Assembly (NCBI GenBank): GCA_965223325.1
Contig: CBDCWI010000002.1
Coordinates: forward strand, 1-64,000
Direction: 5' to 3'
DNA from: Candidatus Multivoradales bacterium
GTDB lineage: Bacteria; Acidobacteriota; Thermoanaerobaculia; Multivoradales; Multivoraceae
DNA length: 64,000 bases
Position numbers and translations under genes: made by a program. Under the pieces are notes generated by a model, which saw only the letters and a program-made list of their open reading frames with translations, had not been told where the DNA came from and made no database searches. Shown in pieces: positions 18,031 to 27,324 of this stretch; position 1 is the stretch's first letter; each line of letters opens with the position of its first letter.

Positions 18031-18200
18031 TTCGTAGATTGATTTAACAGCGAACCGCAGCGCGCTGTGCTCCGCGTAGGAGTCGAGCCCGAAGGCTCAG
18101 CAGTCCAGCGCTGACGGGGTGTAGGCAAGCCGCATCCGTCGATAGGCGCCGCCTCACCGGATCGAAGCAATTCGATCGGTGGGCGGCGCTTTGTCGTTTC
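18011..18200 (+). promoter_or_regulatory. Putative promoter and structured leader upstream of the major capsid gene
   Basis: TTGACA-N18-TAGATT (18011-18040); several hairpins, the last a 19-bp stem with GCAA loop (18146-18189) followed by a T-rich tract. Confidence 0.6.
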
Positions 18201-18258
18201 TGATCTTCAAATCCCTGACCCACCGGTACATACCGAACCAGTGGAAAGGGCTTTGACG

Positions 18259-19629
18259 ATGACCCCCCAAGAAATGCGCGAGCTCCGTGCGAAGGCGGTC
18301 CATGACGCGCGCGCCATCCTCGAGCGCGCCGAGGCCGAAGGCCGGCCGATGACCAGCGAGGAAGACGCCAACTACAGCAAGGCGTTCGACGACGCGACGA
18401 ACCTCAAAAAGCGAATTGACCAGGCCGAGAAGCTTGCGCAGCTCGAGGCTGAGGAAGCCAACGAGATCGATCTCGCTGCCCAGGCCCGACGAGAGTCGGC
18501 CGGAACACGCCGTCTCTCGGAGCTGGTTGACCCCGCTACCGCCGTAGAGGCCACTCTCGAGGAGCAGGGCCTCGCACTGCTCCGCGAACAATTTGGCGAC
18601 GTCGAACAGGGCGAGGCCGGATGGAACGTTCGCGAGCAGCTTCGAGCCACTCCCGCGTTTAGGCGCGCGTTCTGGAAGGAAATGCTTTTGAAACACGGTG
18701 CGACTGGTGCTGATGGGGAACTGGTTGGCCGCGTCCGCGCCGACCTGGTCTCAGACTCGGCTGTCGACGGCGGTTACCTCAATACGCCCATGGAGTTCAC
18801 CGGTGGACTCCTCAAGGCGTTGGAAGAGGCCTTGCCGCTTCGGTCCTTCTTCCGCACCTTCCGTGTTCGTGGTGCCGACTCCCTCGGCGTTCGCCGGCGC
18901 ACCGCCAAGGCTTCGACGTACGCGCGCGGCGGTGAGATCACGCCGCCCACGCCGGACAAAAGCCTGAAGTTCGGCATCAAAACCCTCACCCCTCACTTCT
19001 ACACGGCGGAGATCTTCCTATCTCGCGACCTCATTCGCCGCGCGGTAATGCCGGTCGAGAGCATCGCGATCGACGAGGTCACCCGAGACGTCGCCGAGAA
19101 GCAGGAAGACGAGTGGATCGCCGGCAACGGCAGCCAGGAGCCCCTAGGGCTCTTCACACCGTCGACTGACGGCATCTCGACGGCACGTGACTCCGAGTGC
19201 GGTTCTGCCGCCGGCGCCGCGTACAACTTCGACGACCTCAGAGATGCGAAGTACACAGTGTTTCGCTACTGGAACAACGCTCGATGGATCTTCCCGCTCG
19301 ATGGCGAGAAGGAGATCTCGAAGATCAAGGACGGCGACGGCCAATACATCTGGCAGCGCGACGTTCGAGTAGGCGAGCCGGACCGGCTTCTCGGCCTGCC
19401 TGTGCATGTGCACGAGCGCTTCCCGAGTGACTTCTCGACCGCCGGCAACTACACCGGCATGGTCGGAGACTTCTCCTACTACTGGGTCGCCGAGTCGCTC
19501 GACATGGAGGTCCTGCGCCTCTCCGAGCTGTACGCCGAAATCAACCAGGTGGCCCTCCTCTTCCGCGGGAAGAACGACGGCATGCCGATCCTTGAAGAGC
19601 CGTTCGCGCGCCTCAAGCTCAAGGCATAA
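18259..19629 (+). CDS. Major capsid protein, HK97 family
   Basis: Coiled-coil delta domain, GGYL, GNGSQEPLG, KDGDGQYIW, LLGLPV, GDFSYY. Confidence 0.96.
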   Translation: MTPQEMRELRAKAVHDARAILERAEAEGRPMTSEEDANYSKAFDDATNLKKRIDQAEKLAQLEAEEANEIDLAAQARRESAGTRRLSELVDPATAVEATLEEQGLALLREQFGDVEQGEAGWNVREQLRATPAFRRAFWKEMLLKHGATGADGELVGRVRADLVSDSAVDGGYLNTPMEFTGGLLKALEEALPLRSFFRTFRVRGADSLGVRRRTAKASTYARGGEITPPTPDKSLKFGIKTLTPHFYTAEIFLSRDLIRRAVMPVESIAIDEVTRDVAEKQEDEWIAGNGSQEPLGLFTPSTDGISTARDSECGSAAGAAYNFDDLRDAKYTVFRYWNNARWIFPLDGEKEISKIKDGDGQYIWQRDVRVGEPDRLLGLPVHVHERFPSDFSTAGNYTGMVGDFSYYWVAESLDMEVLRLSELYAEINQVALLFRGKNDGMPILEEPFARLKLKA

Positions 19630-19641
19630 GGAGAAAACGCA

Positions 19642-20082
19642 GTGATCACGAAGCAACTCAGCAACGAAGTCGACATTCTTCAGGCTGCCAGCTCGGAAAC
19701 GGCGGCGACCGGTGAGACGGTCGGCGACGCGTTCGACATGGCGAACCGGGAGGGCGTGCTTATCCTGGTGCAGTTCGATACCGCCAACGCAGGCCACACG
19801 GTGAAGGTCCAGGGCGGGGAGGCGTCTGACGGCGCCGATGCCGCAGACCTCGAAGGCACCCTCATCACCACAACTGGCTCCGAACCGTACGTAGTCATCG
19901 AGATTCACAAGCCGATGCAGCGGTATCTGACGCTGGTGACGAACCGAGCCGTTTCGACGGCCCTCGGGACCGCTTTCGCGTTTCGGTACGGCAAGCGAAT
20001 CGAGCCGGGTGACATCTCTGGAGCCGGTCCAGGAGTCATCGCTAGCGCGATTCATGTGTCGCCCGCGGTTGGGACGGCCTAG
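19642..20082 (+). CDS. Putative capsid decoration/cement protein
   Basis: Beta-rich 146-aa protein immediately after the capsid gene. Confidence 0.55.
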   Translation: MITKQLSNEVDILQAASSETAATGETVGDAFDMANREGVLILVQFDTANAGHTVKVQGGEASDGADAADLEGTLITTTGSEPYVVIEIHKPMQRYLTLVTNRAVSTALGTAFAFRYGKRIEPGDISGAGPGVIASAIHVSPAVGTA

Positions 20083-20085
20083 ACC

Positions 20086-20316
20086 ATGGAAGTAACCGTG
20101 CGCATGTTGACCAACCATGCCGGGGCCGATGGCTCCTACAAGCGTGGTGACCTGGCCACTTTCGCGGCGGCCGAGTGTAAGGCGAAGGCCGAAGCGGGCC
20201 GCGTTGAGTTCCAGTCCGAAGAAGACCGGGCGAAGGTCATGGGCAAGGGCGCGTCGAGCGCCGGCGCCCCGCCCGCCAAGTCGACGACGAAGAAGGCAGC
20301 AAGCAAGAAGGGGTAG
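20086..20316 (+). CDS. Small virion-associated protein
   Basis: VRMLT...YKRGD...AGRV with a Lys-rich tail; resembles 33264-33470. Confidence 0.55.
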   Translation: MEVTVRMLTNHAGADGSYKRGDLATFAAAECKAKAEAGRVEFQSEEDRAKVMGKGASSAGAPPAKSTTKKAASKKG

Positions 20317-20322
20317 GCGTCT

Positions 20323-21879
20323 GTGGCAATCACAGTCACAGGAGTAACCACCATCACCACCGCCGAAACCGGCACCTGGGTCGACGTCGGTGGCGGTGGT
20401 GGTTCGTCGTTCAACACGGACGTTGTCCGACAGGGCTCCAACTCTCGCGCTCGCAAGGTGAGCAACGGCGTCAAGGGGTACCTGTTCGACAACGGCTCGG
20501 GTATCGACATCACCGGCCAGATGGTCGCAGTGTGGGTGAACGTGACCGGCGGCGTGGGTTCCCTGGACACCCTCGCGAACGGAGGAATTCGGATTCGCAT
20601 CGCGTCTGCGAGCGGAACCGGGAACTATGCCGAGTGGTATGTCGCCGGAAACGACACCTACGGTGGCGGCTGGGTGAAGTTCGTGATCGATGTGAGTAAG
20701 ACCGCGTCCGCGACCGGAGGTACGGGACTCTCGATGACGACGGCCCGCTACTTCGGGGTGATCTTCGACATGACCGCGAGTGTAGGCGGCGGCGACCCCA
20801 ACACCTACGTCGACGCGATTCATCGCTGGGATGACGTGGTTGTTACCGGAACAAGCACGTCGCTGTGCGCTGACCTCGTTGCCGCAGATGACACGAACGG
20901 ATGGGGGATCTTTCGGGACGAGGGCGGAATCACCTACAGCAAGGCGCTCATCATCCTTGGCGGTACCTCCGCGACAGACGTCAGTGACGAGGGCTGTGTC
21001 CTCGTCTTTGAAGACCCGCAATACCACAACGGTACGTCGGTTGTGAGTGCGCTGACTGCGTCGAAGATCGGCCTAAAGGCCGACCGGACGGTCATCAACG
21101 CGACCGACATCACCTTCGGGACAAAAGTCGGATCTGTCGGCGTCGACGGGGCAATTTTCCTCTCGGCCGGTCTCGCATACGTTTTCGACGCCAGCGACAC
21201 CGACCTCGATTCCTTTGAGTTGTATGGCTGCCTCGTTAAGGGCGCCGGCGATCCGACTTTCGGCGACTCTGCATGCGAGATTCTGAGCTCGACGTTCGAC
21301 ACTTGTGGCCAGATCGATCCGGGCAGCGCGTCTTTTCGCGAGTCCTTCTTCATCTCGTCGACGTCGACGACCGGTGCCGTCCTCTGGAGCGATTCCGCCG
21401 ACGTTGAGGACTGCAGTTGGATCAACAACGCTAAAGGCATCCTCATCGACACGGTGCCAACCGGCGGAACGGACGAGTTCACCGGGCACAGCTACAGCGG
21501 CAACACCAAAGACGTCCGCAACGACAGCGGGGGCGCGGTGACGATTGACGTCCTGGGCGGTGGTGCGACGCCCACGGTCGAGAACATCACGACCTCGACG
21601 ACCACGGTCAACAACCCCACGACCTACAAGTTGACCGGGCTCGACGCCGGCAGCCAGATCACAATCGCCAAGACCAGCGACCGAACAGTTCTCTCACAGG
21701 GCAACCCCACGGCGGGGGTCTACACCTACACCTACAACCACACGGCCGACACCGCGGTCGACGTGATGATCCTCGACCTGGACAAGCGCGCCGTCGAGTA
21801 CGCCGACACTTTGACGGCAGCCGACCGCGAGCTCCCGATAACCCAAGCCGACGACCTCGTTTTTGAGAACCCAACCTAA
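20323..21879 (+). CDS. Thr/Gly/Asp-rich putative virion protein with beta-sandwich and beta-helix-like regions
   Basis: In the structural operon; ends ITQADDLVFENPT. Confidence 0.6.
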   Translation: MAITVTGVTTITTAETGTWVDVGGGGGSSFNTDVVRQGSNSRARKVSNGVKGYLFDNGSGIDITGQMVAVWVNVTGGVGSLDTLANGGIRIRIASASGTGNYAEWYVAGNDTYGGGWVKFVIDVSKTASATGGTGLSMTTARYFGVIFDMTASVGGGDPNTYVDAIHRWDDVVVTGTSTSLCADLVAADDTNGWGIFRDEGGITYSKALIILGGTSATDVSDEGCVLVFEDPQYHNGTSVVSALTASKIGLKADRTVINATDITFGTKVGSVGVDGAIFLSAGLAYVFDASDTDLDSFELYGCLVKGAGDPTFGDSACEILSSTFDTCGQIDPGSASFRESFFISSTSTTGAVLWSDSADVEDCSWINNAKGILIDTVPTGGTDEFTGHSYSGNTKDVRNDSGGAVTIDVLGGGATPTVENITTSTTTVNNPTTYKLTGLDAGSQITIAKTSDRTVLSQGNPTAGVYTYTYNHTADTAVDVMILDLDKRAVEYADTLTAADRELPITQADDLVFENPT

Positions 21880-21900
21880 AGCCCCGAAGGACTCACCGAT

Positions 21901-23520
21901 ATGGCCAAGATCGTCGACCCAGATCAGCTCAACCAAGCGACCGAAGTCGTGTTCACCACGACCGGGTCGCCCAAGACGTTCCAATTGCTCGTTGCCGGCA
22001 ACCTGGACGACAACGCGCCCGGACAAACGTCTGGTGTCGCATTCCAGGCGTTCTACTCGTTCTGCAAGGAGGAGTGGCTGACCGACACGGCGCTGAACAA
22101 GCATCGGTTCCCGATCGACCCGATTTTTGAGGCGAAGTTCAACGTCGTGAACGACTGGGAGCCTGCGGACGCCCAGACCCGCGACCTGCTTCGAGATGGT
22201 GGCTGGCGCGAGGACACCTCCGGCGCCGAGTACGCAGTCATCATCTCCCTCGGTGGCTTCGACAACTCGTCGACGGACCAGGCCTACTATCAGCAGGTCT
22301 CGGGCTTCTCGGCGACGACCACGGACTTCGACAAGACCGGCGAACTCAACGAGGCGATCGAGATCTTCGACGGCTCGGCGACGGACAACCGAGACTTTCT
22401 GAAGGTCTATCTGCGCGAGCAGGGGAAGACCATCAGCGAGGGCAACCTGCTCGTTGACCAGGATCTCTCGGTCCTGACGTACCAGGCCTATCGTCTGCCG
22501 CTGTCGAACTCGACCGACCCGAAGATTGTCGAGACCGACGCAAACATCGACGCGAACACCCCCTATACGGGGATGACGATCAACTACCTCGACGGCTCAG
22601 GGTTTACCACCTGGGCGAACTCGACGGTCTATCCGGCCGGCGCGGTAGTGCTCGATGCTGGGCGCCAGGCGTCGGGGTCGTCTAACGGCACCTGGTGGTT
22701 CACGCCGGCCGGCGGCACCTCGAGCGGCACGGGTACATCCGACGACACCGGCGTGACGGACTGGGAGTCCTACGCCGGCGAGCGACAGATCGGTACCGAG
22801 TGGTACGCGTTCAACCGGATTATCGATGGTAACTCCGGCTCAGCCGAAGAGATCTACGAGTTCGAGCGTCGTGAACTGCGTCGGACGACGGACATCAACG
22901 ACGACACCCTGGGCAGCCCAAACCAAGACGGCGTGGGCACCATCAACGGCAACATTGCAGTCCCGTTTCTCGACTTTCTGGGCGAGACCCTGCAGACGCG
23001 CGCCGGTGTGTACGTCGACGATTTCGACGTCAACGACCAGAACCGGATCGAGTTCTTCGACATCACCGTTGACAGTGGCGGCTTGGACTCCGAAGGAACG
23101 CCGTCGACGTCGACAAAGCGCGTGTTCCCGTTCGTTGCTGCCGGCAACCTGGTCTTCTCGAGCAACCTCGTCAGCGAGACCAACGCCGACACGCTCTACC
23201 GGATGTACTTCACCAACGATGACGCGGGGTCGAACGCCGGATCGGACTTCGACACCGACAACGCAATCGTCGTCAACGACAACGCCGCCGCAGCAATCGA
23301 AGGACAGGTGACGGCGACCTCGATTCCGTTCACCTACGACTACGACGGCAACGTGCAGCGGGGTGGCGGTAGCGCCGCGACGGACGTGCCGGTCACGGTC
23401 GTCGCCCAGGGGCTCAGTGACTCCAAGTGGGTCGTCGCCTCGTTCACCATCACTCGCGCGACAGGGTTGACATTCCAGATCAACGCCGGCGACGAGCTCG
23501 TCTACCAGAACCCGGTCTGA
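21901..23520 (+). CDS. Acidic putative virion protein
   Basis: MAKIVDPD...FYSFCKEEW; CBM-like WANSTVYPAG insert; ends GDELVYQNPV. Confidence 0.6.
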   Translation: MAKIVDPDQLNQATEVVFTTTGSPKTFQLLVAGNLDDNAPGQTSGVAFQAFYSFCKEEWLTDTALNKHRFPIDPIFEAKFNVVNDWEPADAQTRDLLRDGGWREDTSGAEYAVIISLGGFDNSSTDQAYYQQVSGFSATTTDFDKTGELNEAIEIFDGSATDNRDFLKVYLREQGKTISEGNLLVDQDLSVLTYQAYRLPLSNSTDPKIVETDANIDANTPYTGMTINYLDGSGFTTWANSTVYPAGAVVLDAGRQASGSSNGTWWFTPAGGTSSGTGTSDDTGVTDWESYAGERQIGTEWYAFNRIIDGNSGSAEEIYEFERRELRRTTDINDDTLGSPNQDGVGTINGNIAVPFLDFLGETLQTRAGVYVDDFDVNDQNRIEFFDITVDSGGLDSEGTPSTSTKRVFPFVAAGNLVFSSNLVSETNADTLYRMYFTNDDAGSNAGSDFDTDNAIVVNDNAAAAIEGQVTATSIPFTYDYDGNVQRGGGSAATDVPVTVVAQGLSDSKWVVASFTITRATGLTFQINAGDELVYQNPV

Positions 23521-23900
23521 TGCCGATACTTCGCTACACGAAGGTCGAGATCGAGGAGCGCCGGCGGTTGCTTGCGCCCGACGCCCGCCGCGAGTTTCGG
23601 ACGACTCGATACTGGATGTTTCGGCTCCAGAACGAGGCAGCCGGAGGTTGCACGGCAGATGGTGTGCCAAAGGAGCTTGTCGATCGCTACGAGGCGACGC
23701 CCGGCTTCGCTGGCTGGCCTGAGTTCGCGAAGTCCTGGGACATCGACCCACTCAGTCCGACCACGATCATCCTCCGCGAGAAGAGCGTTTGGGATGAGCA
23801 CGACGAAGAAATCCTGAAGTCGGTGCCCATCTTGCCCGCGATGGTCGAGAAGAAGGTCAAGAAGAAGGCCAAGAAGAAGAAGTCCAAGGGGGCGAAGTAA
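23520..23900 (+). CDS. Hypothetical protein with Lys-rich C-terminus
   Basis: TGATG coupling to the upstream gene. Confidence 0.55.
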   Translation: MPILRYTKVEIEERRRLLAPDARREFRTTRYWMFRLQNEAAGGCTADGVPKELVDRYEATPGFAGWPEFAKSWDIDPLSPTTIILREKSVWDEHDEEILKSVPILPAMVEKKVKKKAKKKKSKGAK

Positions 23901-23904
23901 GTGA

Positions 23905-24471
23905 ATGGGCGCGGTCGCCACCTACGACGCTGTGAACAAGCTGATCACGCTGACCGCTGCGCCGGTCGGCGGGTTTGTCACGGTCGACGTACAGAAGGAT
24001 CTCTACTCGGCAGCCAAGAACGATTGGCTGTCCGATCCGGTCTTGAACCGCTTCACCTTTCCTTGGAGGACGGTCGGCGGGGACGACGTGGGCGGCGGCA
24101 AGGCGGTCGGCGCGTACTTCTTTCTCCGCAACGATCTCGGGTGGCGCATTCGGCCCTACGACGCGGATCACGAGCTGATCTTGGTTGGACAACTGTTCGG
24201 CCAGGACGGCACGCAACAGGTAGTCGTTCCGACGTCGAGCTCGCACCAGGTACTCGTCCAGGCGGAGAGGTCCTTGCTTACGCAATCGATTCAGGCCGGG
24301 TCCGGGCTCGACACTTCGCAATCGAACCAGCTTCGCGAGGTTTGGAAGCTGCTCGGGCTTGACGTGGCCGATGGGGTCCTCAGAACCGACACCCGTACCC
24401 GCACCGAGTCCAGCGACATCGTGATCGACCACGCAGACGACGGAACAACGACCAGTACCAACAGACAATGA
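23905..24471 (+). CDS. Putative virion protein resembling the N-terminus of 21901-23520
   Basis: LYSAAKNDWLSDPVLNRFTFP vs FYSFCKEEWLTDTALNKHRFP. Confidence 0.6.
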   Translation: MGAVATYDAVNKLITLTAAPVGGFVTVDVQKDLYSAAKNDWLSDPVLNRFTFPWRTVGGDDVGGGKAVGAYFFLRNDLGWRIRPYDADHELILVGQLFGQDGTQQVVVPTSSSHQVLVQAERSLLTQSIQAGSGLDTSQSNQLREVWKLLGLDVADGVLRTDTRTRTESSDIVIDHADDGTTTSTNRQ

Positions 24472-24695
24472 CCCTCGACCGATACACCCAGACCCATCTC
24501 GGAATCCGGACGCGCCCGTGTGATTGCGTTGCGGCCGGCAGCACGATTGTGGCGCCTTCGCTCAAGCGCGCAGACCTGCCCGAGGTTGACCTGGTGGCGC
24601 TGCCCGTCAAGGTGCGTCGGCGCGGCCGGGTTGCAGGAGCGGCGGCTACTGGTGGTCGTAGCGTCGCGGCGGCGCTGGGAAGGCGGGCGGCGTGA
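24468..24695 (+). CDS. Hypothetical protein
   Basis: Overlaps both neighbours by 4 nt. Confidence 0.45.
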   Translation: MTLDRYTQTHLGIRTRPCDCVAAGSTIVAPSLKRADLPEVDLVALPVKVRRRGRVAGAAATGGRSVAAALGRRAA

Positions 24696-25939
24696 GCGCT
24701 CTTTGTCTAGACCCCAAGGACCCGAGCGAAACCAAGTGGTACATCGTTCGATTTGGCGCCCAGGACTGGGCCGCTGGATCGTTTGTCGTGGGGGACGTCC
24801 GGCGAGACCCTGTCGGGGACCTCTACTACGAGTGTGTTCTCGGCCACAGTTCGAGCGGGTCGGTGATCGGTGACGACGCGGCGAACTGGCGGCAGATCGA
24901 CCGGTTCGAGCTCGACGATTCGGTCGGTGAGGACATCGCAAGCGCGACCGTCGAAACCTCTGGCCTGACCCTTGTTTCCGACGAACTGTTCGAAGGTGCG
25001 AAGGCTGTCCGGTTCTTCGTCGCCGGTGGCGAGGACGGTGTCGACTACACGGTAACGGTTCGCATCACGTCGGACCTCGCGCCAACACCGCAAATTCTCG
25101 AAGAGAGCGTGATCATCCCGGTTCGGGACTCGACCTCTCCCGCGACGACGATCACAGCGCCCACGGTCCAGCTCGAGGTGGCCATCCCAGCGAGTAGCAC
25201 AGACCTTCTGACGCTCGATGCGGTCAAGGCGCGATTGAGCATGACTGATGACGACGCGGTGATTCTCGACTACATCGCCGAGGTGAGCAGCGCGATCGAG
25301 GACGAGGCCGGCTGTCTACTTCGTCAAGGCTACCGAGAGGTTCCGGACGGACACGGCAAGTCGACGCTTCTGTTGTCGCGGCACCCGATTGAGCTCGGGA
25401 CGATTCGGGTCTGGATTGCCGGCGAGGAGGTCTTTGATTGGCAGGTCGATTCTGACGAGTACGCCATGCTCTACCGCGACAGTTGTTGGCCGCGTGGCTC
25501 CGGTTGGAACTCTGAGGGCGTCCCACGCATCCTGGTCGAGTACACCGCGGGCTACGTGCTCCCCTCGGCGGTCGTCAAGTGGAGTGCGGGCGAAAGCGTA
25601 GCGGTGGGGCAGTGGGTCAAGGCCACACAAACGCGGTATCTGCTCGAGGTAACCAGTGCCGGCGTGCTCGGCGCGAACGAGCCTGTCTGGCCGACCGAAT
25701 CAGGTGCTTCTGTCACCGACAACACGGCGACGCTGGTCACGCGTGAGGCCCAGATCCTGCCGCGCCAGGTTCTTACCGCGGCCTACATGACGATGGCTGC
25801 GATTCGCGATGAGAGCCGGGCGCTCGGCCTCGTGTCGCAGAAAGCCGACGGCTTCGAGGAGCGCTATGGCGCGGACCTCGGCCTCATTCCGCCGGCTGCC
25901 ATGCGCCTCCTCGATTCCCTGCGGAGGTACGCGGTATGA
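24692..25939 (+). CDS. Fibre-adaptor-like domain fused to a head-tail connector (gp6-like)
   Basis: KDPSE...GGEDGVDYTVTVRIT adaptor; LLTLDAVKARL, VEYTAGY, IPPAAMRLLDSLRR connector motifs. Confidence 0.7.
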   Translation: MSALCLDPKDPSETKWYIVRFGAQDWAAGSFVVGDVRRDPVGDLYYECVLGHSSSGSVIGDDAANWRQIDRFELDDSVGEDIASATVETSGLTLVSDELFEGAKAVRFFVAGGEDGVDYTVTVRITSDLAPTPQILEESVIIPVRDSTSPATTITAPTVQLEVAIPASSTDLLTLDAVKARLSMTDDDAVILDYIAEVSSAIEDEAGCLLRQGYREVPDGHGKSTLLLSRHPIELGTIRVWIAGEEVFDWQVDSDEYAMLYRDSCWPRGSGWNSEGVPRILVEYTAGYVLPSAVVKWSAGESVAVGQWVKATQTRYLLEVTSAGVLGANEPVWPTESGASVTDNTATLVTREAQILPRQVLTAAYMTMAAIRDESRALGLVSQKADGFEERYGADLGLIPPAAMRLLDSLRRYAV

Positions 25940-26511
25940 AGGTGCGAGACATGGTGGGCCGCCGCATCCGCTACAACGGTCAAGACGGCACCGTGACGCT
26001 CCAGCGCAACCACTCGCTGGCCGATGACGTTTCGGGCACCGCCGCAGCCCTTGAGGTGGGTGCATCGGCACTGGCGGGCGCCACCCAGATCCTGGTCCGC
26101 GGGACGGGGCTGTCGGGTTCCGTGCCCGCCGGCCTGGTGGTGACGGTGGGCGGCCAGGACTATCTCGTCTCGAGCGACGCGACGGCCTCCGACCACGAGA
26201 TCACTCTAGATCTGACGGCGGGCCTGGCGGCCTCGGTGGCGGAGTCGGACCCTGTAACCGTTTCTCCAGCGGTTCTCGAGTTCTTTGCGTTCGAGCCCGC
26301 GAGCCGGCGAGGCCTTGCGGTCGGCACCTCGGAAGAGTTCGGGCAACGGGAGATCTGGCTCTACAGCGAGGACCACCGTCCGCGGGTGGGCGACCTGCTC
26401 CTCGAGGCAGACGGTGCAACCGAGATGGTTGTGCGATTCCGGCGACTGTCTGGACGACCGGAAACGCCGGTCGCATGGCGTGTCGAGTTCGGAAGCGAGC
26501 GTGCCATATGA
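25936..26511 (+). CDS. Putative head-closure / neck protein
   Basis: Position after the connector; PRVGDLL motif. Confidence 0.5.
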   Translation: MKVRDMVGRRIRYNGQDGTVTLQRNHSLADDVSGTAAALEVGASALAGATQILVRGTGLSGSVPAGLVVTVGGQDYLVSSDATASDHEITLDLTAGLAASVAESDPVTVSPAVLEFFAFEPASRRGLAVGTSEEFGQREIWLYSEDHRPRVGDLLLEADGATEMVVRFRRLSGRPETPVAWRVEFGSERAI

Positions 26512-26885
26512 GGGTAGGAGGACGCTTTACTAGCTTCGATGCCGCCGGTCGTGCTTTTCGGCGTCAGGTGCCCTCGATGATCAGAGCTCTTCGCGTCGAC
26601 ACGGCAACCCACGTCGACAGGGAGCTCGACGCGCTCGCGTCCAGGTCGCCGAAACGAACCGGTGAGTTGGCCAGTGGGTGGCGCAAGGTCCGCTCTGGCG
26701 ACCGGACGCGCTACCTCAACACCGTCGACCACGCTTCGATCATTGAGGGTGGCCGTCGTCAGGGAACGCGGGGAGTGCTCGGTTCCCTCCAAGCGCCCCG
26801 GGGAATCGCCGGTCCGATCATCGAGAAGCTGGCGCGCAACTCGACGCGCTTTCTCCGCGGTCTTGTTCGGAGGCGTGGCGGATGA
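26508..26885 (+). CDS. HK97 gp10-like tail-completion protein
   Basis: SPKRTGELASGW...NTVDHASIIEGG...SLQAPRGI. Confidence 0.75.
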   Translation: MRVGGRFTSFDAAGRAFRRQVPSMIRALRVDTATHVDRELDALASRSPKRTGELASGWRKVRSGDRTRYLNTVDHASIIEGGRRQGTRGVLGSLQAPRGIAGPIIEKLARNSTRFLRGLVRRRGG

Positions 26886-27316
26886 ACTACGTAGAAGAGC
26901 GCGAGGCGATCGGCGAGGTTTTCTCATCCTGGGCACCGCCCGGCGCCCTGGTCGTGTTCTCGCCAAACCAGAAGTTTTCGCCACCCACACCGAACGGCTC
27001 GATCAACGCTCCGGCGGTCTATTTGACGTGGGACGTCGAGTACCTGTTTTCGGAGCATCTCACGTTCGAGTGTGTCCGGATCGAGGGCGAGGTGTCGGCG
27101 ATCGTGCATGTCGAGCACGGCGCTCGAGATGGCCGGGCCCGGGAACTCTTTGACGCTCTCGTCCAGGCCTTCCACTCGGCAAAGCCAGCCGGCGAAATGG
27201 GCTTCTCGGTTCCTCTGCCCGGCCAGAGAGTCAAGGACGAGGAGTTCGACCGCCGCGATCTGCGTATTCCGTTCGACCGATTCACGGACTCCTCAGACCC
27301 GGCGCTGGTCGCATAG
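26882..27316 (+). CDS. Tail terminator-like protein
   Basis: PNQKFSPP motif, ~144 aa, position after the gp10-like gene. Confidence 0.6.
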   Translation: MNYVEEREAIGEVFSSWAPPGALVVFSPNQKFSPPTPNGSINAPAVYLTWDVEYLFSEHLTFECVRIEGEVSAIVHVEHGARDGRARELFDALVQAFHSAKPAGEMGFSVPLPGQRVKDEEFDRRDLRIPFDRFTDSSDPALVA

Positions 27317-27324
27317 GACGCAAC

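Noticed and set aside
19144-21027. Long antisense ORFs (also 3839-5158, 27378-28631, 51134-52330, 62291-63370)
   Set aside because: Shadow frames of real high-GC genes; no recognisable motifs.
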